Below, piece after piece: positions 54,869-64,000 of a stretch of DNA of 64,000 bases. The notes under the pieces were generated by a model. The model saw nothing but the letters and a program-made list of their open reading frames with translations, did no database searches and was not told the origin of the DNA. Every line of letters begins with the position of its first letter. Position 1 is the stretch's first letter. Location of the stretch: contig OZ245046.1 of NCBI GenBank assembly GCA_965224245.1, positions 4,704,001 to 4,768,000 on the forward strand, read 5' to 3'. The stretch comes from Candidatus Eiseniibacteriota bacterium (GTDB lineage: Bacteria; Eisenbacteria; RBG-16-71-46; CAZAMP01). A program made the position numbers and the translations under genes.

Positions 54869-55666
54869 TCACTTCTGCACCGCCGGGACCCACGCCGTCG
54901 TCCGCCCCCCGATCGTGTCGAACGCCAGCGCGTCGCCTCCGCGGGTCCTTGCGCCCCGGCGCTTCCCCCACCGCACGTGGAAGAGCCACGTCCGCGGGAA
55001 CCGCTGGTCATCGGCCCCCACGTCGCACGCCTTCCGCACCACGGCCGACAGCCGCGTCCGGAGTCGCCGGATCTCGCCCGGCGCCAGCTCAGAGGCCAGG
55101 CGCCGCGGATCGATCCTCGCCTGGAACAGCACCTCGTCGGCGATCCAGTTCCCGACCCCGGCGAAGAGCGACTGGTCCAGGAGCACCGCTTTGATGGGAG
55201 CGCGTCGCCGGCCGAGCCGCTGGCCCAGCACCGCCGCCGACGGGAGATCGATCATCGGATCGAAGCCGAGCGCGCTGATCGGGGGCTCGCTCGCCGGATC
55301 GTCCCTGAGACGGATCCGTCCCAGTCGACGCTTGTTCGTCATGGCCAGCCGGGTGCCGTCGTCGGTCACGAGCTCGATCTTCCAGAATCGCGGCCGGTCG
55401 CGCGCGGCCCGGTAGATCCGAAGCGACCCGGTCATCCCGAAGTGGAACACCGGCCACGGCCGCCGGTCGAGCTCGAGCCACAGGTGCTTGCCTCGCCGGC
55501 CGCTCCCGACCACGGTCCGGTTCATCAGGGCACGCCGAACGCGAGGTCGGCTGACCGCCTCGTACACGATGGGGTCGTCCGCAACCGCCACGCCGACGAT
55601 CCGCCGTCCCACCAGGTGGTGGGCCGCGAGCCCTCGTGCGGTCTCCACCTCGGGCAGCTCGGGCAT
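54869..55666 (-). CDS. mutM: Fpg/Nei DNA glycosylase lacking the Cys4 zinc finger
   Basis: N-terminal MPELPEVE, RRGK, HFGMTG, LLDQ...AGVGNWIADE; C-terminus GGRTTAWVPAVQ has no Cys. Confidence 0.88.
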   Translation of the reverse strand: MPELPEVETARGLAAHHLVGRRIVGVAVADDPIVYEAVSRPRVRRALMNRTVVGSGRRGKHLWLELDRRPWPVFHFGMTGSLRIYRAARDRPRFWKIELVTDDGTRLAMTNKRRLGRIRLRDDPASEPPISALGFDPMIDLPSAAVLGQRLGRRRAPIKAVLLDQSLFAGVGNWIADEVLFQARIDPRRLASELAPGEIRRLRTRLSAVVRKACDVGADDQRFPRTWLFHVRWGKRRGARTRGGDALAFDTIGGRTTAWVPAVQK

Positions 55667-55797
55667 GGAGAACTCCTGTTCGGCAAACGCACGTCGAGAG
55701 CGTGGGCAAGGGGCGCCCGCGGCGTCAAGGCCCGAGCGGGTTCTGCTAGAATGCGCGCACGCACGGCGTCTTTCGCCGACCAGAAGGAGGCGCGGAC

Positions 55798-55914
55798 ATG
55801 TCGAAGGAACGGGACAAGGGCAAGGGTGGCAAGCAGAACAAGCCCAAGCTGACCGCCGCCCAGAAGAAGGAGAAGAAGAAGAAGGAGCGCGAGGAGAAGG
55901 AGCGCAAGAAGTAG
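55798..55914 (+). CDS. 38-aa Lys/Glu-rich small basic protein (absent from the ORF track)
   Basis: RBS AAGGAGG at 55784-55790; extended -10 TGCTAGAAT at 55744-55752; MSKERDKGKGGKQNKPKLTAAQKKEKKKKEREEKERKK. Confidence 0.7.
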   Translation: MSKERDKGKGGKQNKPKLTAAQKKEKKKKEREEKERKK

Positions 55915-56022
55915 CGCATCCACCCCCGCGAGGAGCCGGCGTTCCGCGTCCACGCGCGTCCGGGTGGTCGTCCGATCGGCTCGGCGCACCGGCGCGGCTC
56001 CCCCGACACAAAGGATCACGAC

Positions 56023-57435
56023 ATGGATGACGACGTGTTCACGATGACGGGGGCTCGAGTCGTCGGGCGTGCGAACGCCCGCGCGACCGGCCGCACGAAG
56101 CGGCGCGCTCTCCCCGGGATCACCCGGCGCATGCGGGTCCACGCGATGGCAACCGGTCTCGCCGCTCTCACCGTGGCCGCGCTCACCGCCGGCGCGGCCG
56201 GCGCCGCCGGTGCAGGGGACGCCACCGGCGGACGCGATCTCGGCCGCGGCGGCCCCCTCCAATGGGTGGCCGGCGCGGACACGCCGGGCGACGCACTCGA
56301 CGTGTCCATCGCCGGATCCTACGCGTACGTGGCCGATCGCGAGGGCGGACTCCAGGTCATCGACATCGGCAATCCCGAGGATCCCCAGCTCGTCGGCAAC
56401 ATGGAGACTCCCAGCGAGGCCCTGGACGGTCACGTCAGCGGGGGACACGTCTACGTGGCGACGCGTGCCGACGGCCTCGTCGTGGCCGATCTCTCGACCC
56501 CCACGAGCCCGATGATCGTCGGCAGCGTGCCCACGACGGGCTCGGCCATCGGTCTGGTCGTCTCCGGCCAGTACGCGTACGTGGCCGATCGCGAGTCCGG
56601 ACTCCAGGTCGTCGACGTATCCGATCCGTCTTTTCCCGTCATCGTGGGAACCGCCGACACTCCGTACCGGGCCACCGACGTCGCCGTCGCGGGATCGATC
56701 GCCTACGTGGCCGACGTGCTGGGGGGTCTACAGATCATCGACGTGAGCGTCCCCACGAACCCGATGATCATCGCCGCCGAGCCCACGGTCCGCGCGATCG
56801 GCGTGGCGGTGTCCGATACCGTCGCGTACGTCATCGGCGACGGGCTCCACACCATCGACGTCGGCAATCCGGCGCTGCCGCAGGTGCTCGGGAGCGCGCC
56901 GACGTTCGACGTGGACCCTCGCGATGTCACCGTGGACGGCCGATACGTGTACCTCGTCGACTCGGTCCACGGTCTTCAGGTCGTCGACGTCATCGAACCC
57001 GCGAGCCCGCTGATCTTCGCCGAGCTCGCGACCGACGGCAGCGCATCGGGTGTGGTCATCTCCGATACGTTCGCGTTCGTGGCGGACGGAGAGGCCGGAC
57101 TCGAGGTGATCGACGTGACCCCGCTGACGCTCATCGTGACCGATGGGCCTGGCGGCGCGCCGGGCGCAACGTCGCCGTCGATCGTCGGGACACCGTTCCC
57201 GCGACCGGCCGGCCATCTCGTCACGACGCGACTGCGGCTCGACGCCGCCACCGACGTTCGGGTGACGCTGTACGACGTGGCCGGCCGCCGACTGGAGACG
57301 ATCCTCGACCGGCGGCTTTCCGCCGGCACGCACGCCGTGAAGTGGGCGCGAGGGACGGTGCCGCCCGGCGTATACGTGCTTCGCGTCGATCTCGGCGGGC
57401 GAACCGCCACGCGGCGGGTCGTTCTCGCTCCGTAG
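56023..57435 (+). CDS. LVIVD-repeat secreted protein with T9SS-like C-terminal domain
   Basis: About 7 repeats of YAYVAD...GLQV(I/V)D(V/I)S.P..P; tail LYDVAGRR...PGVYVL. Start may be further downstream. Confidence 0.85.
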   Translation: MDDDVFTMTGARVVGRANARATGRTKRRALPGITRRMRVHAMATGLAALTVAALTAGAAGAAGAGDATGGRDLGRGGPLQWVAGADTPGDALDVSIAGSYAYVADREGGLQVIDIGNPEDPQLVGNMETPSEALDGHVSGGHVYVATRADGLVVADLSTPTSPMIVGSVPTTGSAIGLVVSGQYAYVADRESGLQVVDVSDPSFPVIVGTADTPYRATDVAVAGSIAYVADVLGGLQIIDVSVPTNPMIIAAEPTVRAIGVAVSDTVAYVIGDGLHTIDVGNPALPQVLGSAPTFDVDPRDVTVDGRYVYLVDSVHGLQVVDVIEPASPLIFAELATDGSASGVVISDTFAFVADGEAGLEVIDVTPLTLIVTDGPGGAPGATSPSIVGTPFPRPAGHLVTTRLRLDAATDVRVTLYDVAGRRLETILDRRLSAGTHAVKWARGTVPPGVYVLRVDLGGRTATRRVVLAP

Positions 57436-57578
57436 CGCACCCCGGTCGGTGACGCCACGGGGTGATGTGGCTGGAATCCGCCCCATGCCTGGCACCGAAG
57501 ATGCTCCATATCCTCCCGGTCGTTTCACGCCTCGACATGACGCTTCCAGCGTTCGATGCGATAACGAGGAGGTACGGG

Positions 57579-58451
57579 ATGAGATCGAGCCAGTTCGCCG
57601 GCGCCCTGCCGAGCGTGCTCGTCGCATGCGCGCTCGTGGCGGGGTGCGGCAACGACGCGACCGGCCCCGGTGAGGCCACCACGGGTCGGGTCGCCCTTCA
57701 CCTGACGGACGCGCCGTTTCCGTTCGACATGGTCGACTCGACCAACGTCGTCCTGGACAGCGTCAGCGTTCACTACGAAGGAGACGACGGCAGCGAGGGG
57801 TTCGTGACCGTGGACCTCGCGTCCCGGGAGATCAACCTCCTGGATCTGCAGAACGGCGTCACCGATTCGCTGACCACCGTCGAGCTTCCCGTGGGAGTGG
57901 TGGACCAGATCCGGCTTCACGTCTCCGACGCGACGATCGTGCTGTCGGACACCCGTGTGTTCCCGCTCGACATTCCGAGCGGCTCCAGCAGCGGAGTGAA
58001 GGCCTTTCCCGAGCCGCCGATCGACGTCGTGGGTGACGCGACGTCGGACCTGCTGCTCGACTTCGACGTGTCGCGGTCGTTCAGTGCGGTCCCGTCGTCT
58101 CCGACCCGGGTCGACGACATCGAGCGCTTCCACTTCCACCCGGTCATCAAGGTGACCAACCTGGAGACCGCGGGATCGATCCGCGGCGTGGCCTGGAACG
58201 ACAACGGGACGCCGTCGGACACGAGCGATGACAGGCGTCTGGAGGCGGTCACGGTCGTCGTCTGGCAGGATGGCGCGGAGGTCACCACCTCGTTCACGAG
58301 GCTGGACGGGTCGTTCGTCGTCCTCGGGCTCAACCCCGGCGCCTACATGCTCGAGGCGTCCGCGCTCGGCTTCGCCAACTCCACGACGCCGGCGACCGTC
58401 ACCTCCGGCAACGACACCGTCGTCAACCTCATGCTCTCCGCCGCGCCGTAG
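57579..58451 (+). CDS. DUF4382-domain lipoprotein with carboxypeptidase-regulatory-like C-domain
   Basis: RBS GAGGAGG; lipobox VAGC; LTDAP, NLLDL.NG, QIRL, PSG..SG.K, LDFDVSRSF. Confidence 0.82.
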   Translation: MRSSQFAGALPSVLVACALVAGCGNDATGPGEATTGRVALHLTDAPFPFDMVDSTNVVLDSVSVHYEGDDGSEGFVTVDLASREINLLDLQNGVTDSLTTVELPVGVVDQIRLHVSDATIVLSDTRVFPLDIPSGSSSGVKAFPEPPIDVVGDATSDLLLDFDVSRSFSAVPSSPTRVDDIERFHFHPVIKVTNLETAGSIRGVAWNDNGTPSDTSDDRRLEAVTVVVWQDGAEVTTSFTRLDGSFVVLGLNPGAYMLEASALGFANSTTPATVTSGNDTVVNLMLSAAP

Positions 58452-58474
58452 CGGCACCTCGTCTCCCGCCCCGC

Positions 58475-58508
58475 CCGGGTGATCGACGGCCCGCCGTCGA
58501 TCACCCGG
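58475..58508. terminator. Perfect 15-bp stem hairpin after the DUF4382 gene
   Basis: CCGGGTGATCGACGG-CCCG-CCGTCGATCACCCGG; no U-tract. Confidence 0.5.
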
Positions 58509-58716
58509 TGTGCCGGTCTCACACCCGCACCATGCCGACGGCCGATCCCGGCCACGCCGGTCGCGAGGCGAACGGGGATCATGCATGCCCTGCGCGGATT
58601 CGCGATCTGCAATGCCCGCACGGCGGCGTAAACGAGCCCCGGCACCGGTCGACACCCCCCGCCTGGTCAACATAACTCCTTTGTTGAAAATATCTTACGG
58701 CGCGCGCCAGTTTTCG

Positions 58717-58732
58717 TGGCACGACGCGTGCG
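58717..58732 (+). promoter_or_regulatory. Candidate sigma54 promoter for the Ig-repeat/PorV/TPR operon
   Basis: TGGCACGACGCGTGCG (GG-N10-GC), preceded by an AT-rich tract at ~58670-58697. Confidence 0.6.
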
Positions 58733-58825
58733 ACATGCGGCGGCCCTGCGAGCGGGTCCAGAACTCAACCTCCGGTGGCCGAGCCCGGTCATCGGATAAA
58801 GAGCCCACTCGGGGAGGAAGACCTC

Positions 58826-61800
58826 GTGAAGACTTTCGCGTCACTGCTCCGCGTGTCGTCGCTCTGCGCGGCCGCGGCTCTGATGTCTCTGGCGAGCAAC
58901 GCCGCGGTTGCGGGTCCATATTCCCGCCTCCAGGTGCTGTTGCCCGGCGAGACGGCGGCGCCCGGTACTCCGTCCGGAAAGGCCGGGAGTCCGCAATCGC
59001 AGACATCCGGCATTCCCTTCGACGTTCGGATTCGTGCGTGCGACTCCGACTGGAGCACCGTGACGTCGGTTACGAACCTGATCGACATCTCGAGCTCCGA
59101 CGGAACGGCCGTGTTGCCGCCCGACGTGACGCTGTTCGCCGGCGAGGCGACGGTCAGCGTCACGATCAACGCTTCGGGCACGTTCCTGGTCTCCGCGGAC
59201 GACCTGTCCGACACGTCGATCCCGATCGCAGACTCCACGCCGTTCCAGGCGTTTCGCCTGCAGGGCTTCGAGTTCGATCGCATCAACCAGAAGAACCAGT
59301 ACGCCGGCGTGCCGATGCCCATCACCGTGCGCGCGGTGGATCCGACGGGCGCACTCGTCTCCGGCTTCGACGGAGAGGTTCGCCTGCGTCAGATCACGAG
59401 CTACGGCGAGGGGCGGATCGAGCCGAGCGTGGTGACCCTGTCCAACGGCGTCTGGTCCGGCGACGTGGCGAACTTCCGCGCCGACGAGACGTCGATCAGT
59501 CGCGGCAACGTGAACATCCTCGCGGAGCTGCCGGCCGACCCGTCGTCCAACGGTCTCAGCGATCCCTTCGTCGTGCATCCCGGCGCGCATGCTCGCGTGC
59601 AGCTCGTGGTCCCGGGTCAGAACCCGGCTCCCGGCAGCCTGAGCGGCGTCATCGGCACACCGGGCTCGCAGTCGGTCGGTCAGAACTTCCTCGTGACGGT
59701 GTTCGCCACCGACGAGTACTGGAACCCGCTCCCGAGCACCGACCAGGTCCGGATCACGTCGAGCGACGCGGGCGCCACGACGCCGGTCACCGGCGCGCTC
59801 GTCGACGGCTACGCCGAGTTCACGATCGCGTTCGGGACGACCGGCTCTCAGACGCTCACCATCACCGATCAGACGAACGGCGCGATCCAGGGCATGACGT
59901 CACCGCCGATCGCGGTCACGGCGTCGGGCACCCATCACTTCGAGATCGATCCGATCACGGGACCCATCACGGCGGGCACGTCCGCCCCGGTCACCATTCG
60001 CGCGGTCGACTCCGGCGGCAACCCGAGTGGGGACTTCGCCGGTGACGCGATCCTCACCGCGAACACGGGTGCCGGCAGCGTGACCCCGACGCTCATCACG
60101 TTCGTCGGCGGCGTGTGGAGCGGCGACGTGACGTTCCGCGGCGCCGGCGGCGCCGTGTCGCTGAGCTGCTCGGACTTCTCGAGTCCGCCTCACACCGGTA
60201 CCAGCGCGTCCTTCGAGGTCGTGCCCGGTCCGTATGCTCAGCTGCAGATCCTGCTTCCGGGCGAGTCGCCCCGAGGGGGAACCGATGACGGCGTCGAGGG
60301 CGTCCCGAGTGCCCAGAGCGCCGGCACCGGCTTCGACGTTCGCGTCCGCGCGGTCGACGCGTGGTGGAACCTCGTGCCCGGCATCGACCACGCGGTCGTG
60401 CTCGGCTCGTCCGATCCGTTCGTCTCGGGCACCGACGGGCTCGCGCTCGTCAACGGCGAGCTGGTCGCCCCGGTCACGCTCTTCGCGGCCGGCACCCAGC
60501 ACTTCATGGTCACGGACGCGGATGATCCGTCGATCGCCGAGTCCAGCTCGCATCCGGTCGCGGTGAGCTCGGGGCCCTACACCAACCTCGTCCTGGTGCT
60601 GCCGGGCGAGACGCTGGCGCCGGGCAGCGAGGACGGCTCCGACGGAGAGGCCGTGGACCAGTCCATCAACTTCAGCTTCACGGGGCAGGTGTACGCCACC
60701 GACCAGTGGTTCAACGCGGTCAGCGAGGTCACCGACGTCGTCCGTGCGACGTCCACCGATCCGCTCGCGGAGCTGCCGGGCGACACGCCGCTCGTGAACG
60801 GCGTCGCGGACCTGACGTTCCGCCTGGCGACCGGTGGCTACCAGCAGATCACGGTCGAGAACGTGACGCAGCCCACGATGCCGGTCTCCACGAGCCAGGT
60901 GCGGGCGATCACGTCCGGCTTCCATCTCGAGGCCGACGTGACCCCGACCGAGGTCGAGGCGGGCGAGATCTTCACGCTGACGGTGCGCGTCACGAACGAC
61001 GCGGGCGCCGTGATCGAGGAGGTCAACTCCACGGCCTCGCTGACCGTGAGGCACGCCGAGACGTCGGAGCCCGGTCGCGGCTCGCTGTCGACGACGCAGT
61101 TCCAGCTGATCGGCGGCCAGCGCACGCTCGAGCTGACGTACTCGGCCGCCGAGCCGATCGTGCTCGTGGTGCAGGACGACGCCGGCAACGACCCGGGCAT
61201 CACCGAGGTGATCACGGTGTCACCCGGCCCACCGGCGTCGATCGACATGACGGCCAGCGCCACGTGGGTCCGTGGGAACCGGACGGCGGCGATCGTGGCC
61301 CGCGTGATCGACGCGCACGGCAACGGCGTGCCCGTGATCCCGGTGAGCTTCGTGCTCGAGGAGGGAGCGGGAACGCTCACTCAGGTCGACCTGGAGACCG
61401 CCGAGGACGGTGTCGCCGCCGCCGAGTATCTGACCCCGCGACACCCCGAGACCGCGATCATCCGTGCGGAATCGGGGACGCTCGTCGCGCGGCACGAGGT
61501 CGAGACCGCGCTCGTGGATCCCAGCGCGTCCCCCGGATCGATCACGAGCTATCCGAACCCGTTCCATCCCGACGAGCTGGACGCGACGCTCGCGTACAAG
61601 CTCGCGGACGATGCCAGCGTCACGATCGAGTTCTACACGCTGAGCGGAACCCTCGTCCGGACCGAGAGCTTCGACAACGGCGCTCCCGGAGGACGAGCGG
61701 GTCTCAACGAGTTCCGGTGGGATGGTCTAAACGGTCAGGGCCGTGAGGTCGCGAGCGGCACGTACGTCGTGCAGCTCACGGCCACCGGATCCGGCGAAAC

Positions 61801-61840
61801 CTTGCACCGCATGCGTCACCGCGTCGCGGTGGTTCGATGA
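58826..61840 (+). CDS. Large secreted Ig-like repeat protein with C-terminal FlgD-Ig/T9SS-like domain
   Basis: Signal peptide; four repeats G(P/A)(Y/H)..(L/V)..(L/V)(L/V)PG(E/Q); Big_1-like D..GNGV; YPNPF...WDG.N..G..VASGTY. Confidence 0.8.
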   Translation: MKTFASLLRVSSLCAAAALMSLASNAAVAGPYSRLQVLLPGETAAPGTPSGKAGSPQSQTSGIPFDVRIRACDSDWSTVTSVTNLIDISSSDGTAVLPPDVTLFAGEATVSVTINASGTFLVSADDLSDTSIPIADSTPFQAFRLQGFEFDRINQKNQYAGVPMPITVRAVDPTGALVSGFDGEVRLRQITSYGEGRIEPSVVTLSNGVWSGDVANFRADETSISRGNVNILAELPADPSSNGLSDPFVVHPGAHARVQLVVPGQNPAPGSLSGVIGTPGSQSVGQNFLVTVFATDEYWNPLPSTDQVRITSSDAGATTPVTGALVDGYAEFTIAFGTTGSQTLTITDQTNGAIQGMTSPPIAVTASGTHHFEIDPITGPITAGTSAPVTIRAVDSGGNPSGDFAGDAILTANTGAGSVTPTLITFVGGVWSGDVTFRGAGGAVSLSCSDFSSPPHTGTSASFEVVPGPYAQLQILLPGESPRGGTDDGVEGVPSAQSAGTGFDVRVRAVDAWWNLVPGIDHAVVLGSSDPFVSGTDGLALVNGELVAPVTLFAAGTQHFMVTDADDPSIAESSSHPVAVSSGPYTNLVLVLPGETLAPGSEDGSDGEAVDQSINFSFTGQVYATDQWFNAVSEVTDVVRATSTDPLAELPGDTPLVNGVADLTFRLATGGYQQITVENVTQPTMPVSTSQVRAITSGFHLEADVTPTEVEAGEIFTLTVRVTNDAGAVIEEVNSTASLTVRHAETSEPGRGSLSTTQFQLIGGQRTLELTYSAAEPIVLVVQDDAGNDPGITEVITVSPGPPASIDMTASATWVRGNRTAAIVARVIDAHGNGVPVIPVSFVLEEGAGTLTQVDLETAEDGVAAAEYLTPRHPETAIIRAESGTLVARHEVETALVDPSASPGSITSYPNPFHPDELDATLAYKLADDASVTIEFYTLSGTLVRTESFDNGAPGGRAGLNEFRWDGLNGQGREVASGTYVVQLTATGSGETLHRMRHRVAVVR

Positions 61841-61857
61841 TGGGGGAGGTATCCACG

Positions 61858-63117
61858 ATGCAGCTCCGCGTAGCACACGCTGCCAGAGCGTCAATGGTCT
61901 CCGCGGCGTGTCTGATCTTCACGACGGCCACGGTGCAGGCTGGCGAGGAGGGTGGTGGGCTCCCCGGTGACTGGCTGGCGCGCTTCGACAGCGCCCGGTC
62001 GGTCGGTATCGGCGGCGCGATGGTGGCGCTCGGCGAAGAGCCCCTCAGCGCGTTCTGGAACCCGGCGGGCTTGTCGTTCGCCGACCGGAACGAGGCACGC
62101 TTCGAGACCGCCCGCCTGTTCGAGGGAACGTCGGTCAATGCGGCGAGCATGATGATCCCGGGCAGCTCGCGACCGAGCCTCGGCGTCTCGGTGCTCGCGC
62201 TGAGCTCCGGAGAGATCCAGCGTACGAGCGAGCTGAACGAGCCTCTGGGCACGTTCAACGAGTCGCAGATGGCGTTTCTTCTCTCGACGTCGAAGCTGCT
62301 GTCGCCCGGGCTCGCGCTCGGCCTGAACCTCAAGTTCGTGCGGCAGAGCCTCGAGGAGTTCGGCGACTTCGGGTACGGGGCCGACCTCGGCATCCTGTAC
62401 GACCTCTCGCCGCGCATTCGCGTCGGGGCGTCGCTTCTGAACATCGGGGGCCCGAGCCTCACGCTCCGCGAGACCGAGGAGTCGTTTCCGGCCGAGTTCC
62501 GGACGGGTGTGTCGTTCCGGAGCTCCTCGGGCAAGGCGCTGCTCACCGCCGAGTTCGATCATCGTGAAGGGACCGGCAGCGAGCTTCGGAGCGGTGCCGA
62601 GTACTGGCTGCACCGATCGATGGCCCTGCGTATCGGGTACGACGCGTCGGAGCCCTCGGGTGGCGTCAGCGTCCGTCCGGGCGAGAACACGCAGTTCGAC
62701 TACGGAATCGTCGACCACGAGCTGGGTGCGGTGCATCGCATCGGCTTCTCGTATCGGTTCGGTGGCTTCTTCGCCAGCTCGTCGGCGGACCCGCAGGTGT
62801 TCTCGCCGCTCGGCGACCGTCCAGTGTCGCGCGTTCAGCTCCGCACGCGGACGAAGAGCGAGACCCAGGACTGGACGCTGTCCTTCGTCGACAAGTTCGA
62901 CAACCTGGTGCGGCGGTACAGCGGTCAAGGCACCCCGCCGGCGCACGTGATCTGGGACGGCAAGAACGACAACGGACTTCCGCTGCCCGACGGCACGTAC
63001 CGGTATCAGCTGACCGTGCGCGACGCAGACGGTCGGCAGATCGAGGGCAGCCCGGGTGAGATCCAGATCGACACGGACGGGCCGCGCGGCAACGGCGCCG
63101 ACGTCGAGATCGGCTGA
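61858..63117 (+). CDS. PorV/PorQ-family outer-membrane barrel fused to a C-terminal FlgD-Ig domain
   Basis: ARSVGIGGA..A....SAFWNPAGL, GLNLK, ADLG, GAEYW, LRIGY, HRIGFSYRFG, then WDGK.DNG..LPDGTY.Y.L.V.D. Confidence 0.75.
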   Translation: MQLRVAHAARASMVSAACLIFTTATVQAGEEGGGLPGDWLARFDSARSVGIGGAMVALGEEPLSAFWNPAGLSFADRNEARFETARLFEGTSVNAASMMIPGSSRPSLGVSVLALSSGEIQRTSELNEPLGTFNESQMAFLLSTSKLLSPGLALGLNLKFVRQSLEEFGDFGYGADLGILYDLSPRIRVGASLLNIGGPSLTLRETEESFPAEFRTGVSFRSSSGKALLTAEFDHREGTGSELRSGAEYWLHRSMALRIGYDASEPSGGVSVRPGENTQFDYGIVDHELGAVHRIGFSYRFGGFFASSSADPQVFSPLGDRPVSRVQLRTRTKSETQDWTLSFVDKFDNLVRRYSGQGTPPAHVIWDGKNDNGLPLPDGTYRYQLTVRDADGRQIEGSPGEIQIDTDGPRGNGADVEIG

Positions 63118-63137
63118 GTACGATGGGAGAGTCACAG

Positions 63138-64000
63138 ATGGATACCGCGCACGGTTCCGCACGCACGCGGACGATGCTCCGTGCCCGACTCGCGTCCTTC
63201 GCCATGGCGACGCTCGCGGTCGCGGTCACCGGAACGGCGTCCGCCGGCTCGGACACCGATCAGCCCGCTTCCGCGCCCTCGAGCGCAATGCGGCTGGGCA
63301 TGGAGATCGAGAGCCTGCGAGGGACGGGCTCGGTCCCGGCGGCCGCGACGCTCGACGACCTGCGGGGTCGCCTGACCGCCGCGCTGGACGCCGCGACGGA
63401 GAAGATCGACCGGGGTGCCATTCGGCTGCTCCTGGCCGAGGTCTCGATCGCGGAAGGGCGCTCCTCCGACGCCGATCGGCTCCTGCGCGATGCCGAACGC
63501 GATCTGGACAGCGATGCCTTCGACGACGACTTCGCGGCGCTCCGCACCCTCGTGCAGGAGCTGTCCGGCGACGACGCGCGTGCGGACGAGGCGTGGGAGA
63601 AGTGGCTCTCGCGTCACGAGACGAGCGCGCTCTCCGAGCGCGTCGCGCTGGCTCGCGTGTGGAACGCGGTCCGGCGCGGCGACGCCGCGGCCGCCGAGAC
63701 CCGACTCACGGCGCTCACCGCCGAACGCACCTGGATGATGGAGGATCCGGACGTTCGGCTCGCGTCGGCGACGGTTGCCTGGATGCGGAGCGACTTCGAC
63801 GCGGCCCTGAAGATCCTGGGGCCGAACCCGGATCGCCCCATGGAGGGCTATCTCGCCGCGATGTGCATGGAGGCCACCGGCCAGACGTTGCCCGCCGCGG
63901 CGGCGTTCCAGGACGTGGCCAACCGACATCCGGACTCGCCGTTTCGTGATCACGCCCTGTTCCGCAAGGCCGACATCTTCCGTCGCAGCGGTGCGTTCCG
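63138..64000 (+). CDS. 3'-truncated exported TPR-repeat protein (absent from the ORF track)
   Basis: Open frame from ATG 63138 to the window end; signal peptide; helical repeats such as AAAAFQDVANRHPDSPFRDHALFRKAD. Confidence 0.7.
   Translation, partial: MDTAHGSARTRTMLRARLASFAMATLAVAVTGTASAGSDTDQPASAPSSAMRLGMEIESLRGTGSVPAAATLDDLRGRLTAALDAATEKIDRGAIRLLLAEVSIAEGRSSDADRLLRDAERDLDSDAFDDDFAALRTLVQELSGDDARADEAWEKWLSRHETSALSERVALARVWNAVRRGDAAAAETRLTALTAERTWMMEDPDVRLASATVAWMRSDFDAALKILGPNPDRPMEGYLAAMCMEATGQTLPAAAAFQDVANRHPDSPFRDHALFRKADIFRRSGAF

Overview
Very GC-rich, gene-dense bacterial DNA. Several secreted proteins carry FlgD-Ig/T9SS-like C-terminal domains and there is a PorV-like barrel, which suggests an FCB-associated lineage such as Eisenbacteria, Krumholzibacteria or Latescibacteria (inference). 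From left to right: an AAA+/DUF4143 gene and htpG; a two-component, sigma54-driven copper-type efflux locus (Cys-rich leader, YHS proteins, TolC/CusB/CusA, CopA) ending in a pentaheme cytochrome c with a T9SS-like tail; a ~17 kb amino-acid locus (25.9-42.7 kb); a second operon (gabT, nitrilase-family hydrolase, Orn/Lys/Arg decarboxylase, ATP-grasp, C45 Ntn-hydrolase); a small nuclease patch (NYN, GIY-YIG, PD-(D/E)XK-like, zincless Fpg); and a T9SS-like surface-protein operon cut by the window end. The 17 kb locus is the best candidate for an undescribed system. It holds an ornithine-only arg operon (argC-B-D-argA-like-argJ), three PLP racemases, an ATP-grasp ligase, a 656-aa protein with a papain/calpain-like Cys-His-Asn triad, a GNAT, an M20 amidohydrolase, a Na+/solute symporter and a pseudo-receiver sigma54 activator. 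Two of its transcripts share a sigma54 promoter plus a dyad motif at nearly identical spacing. No rRNA, tRNA, CRISPR array or transposase was recognised. All calls are by-eye motif recognition; no database searches were run.
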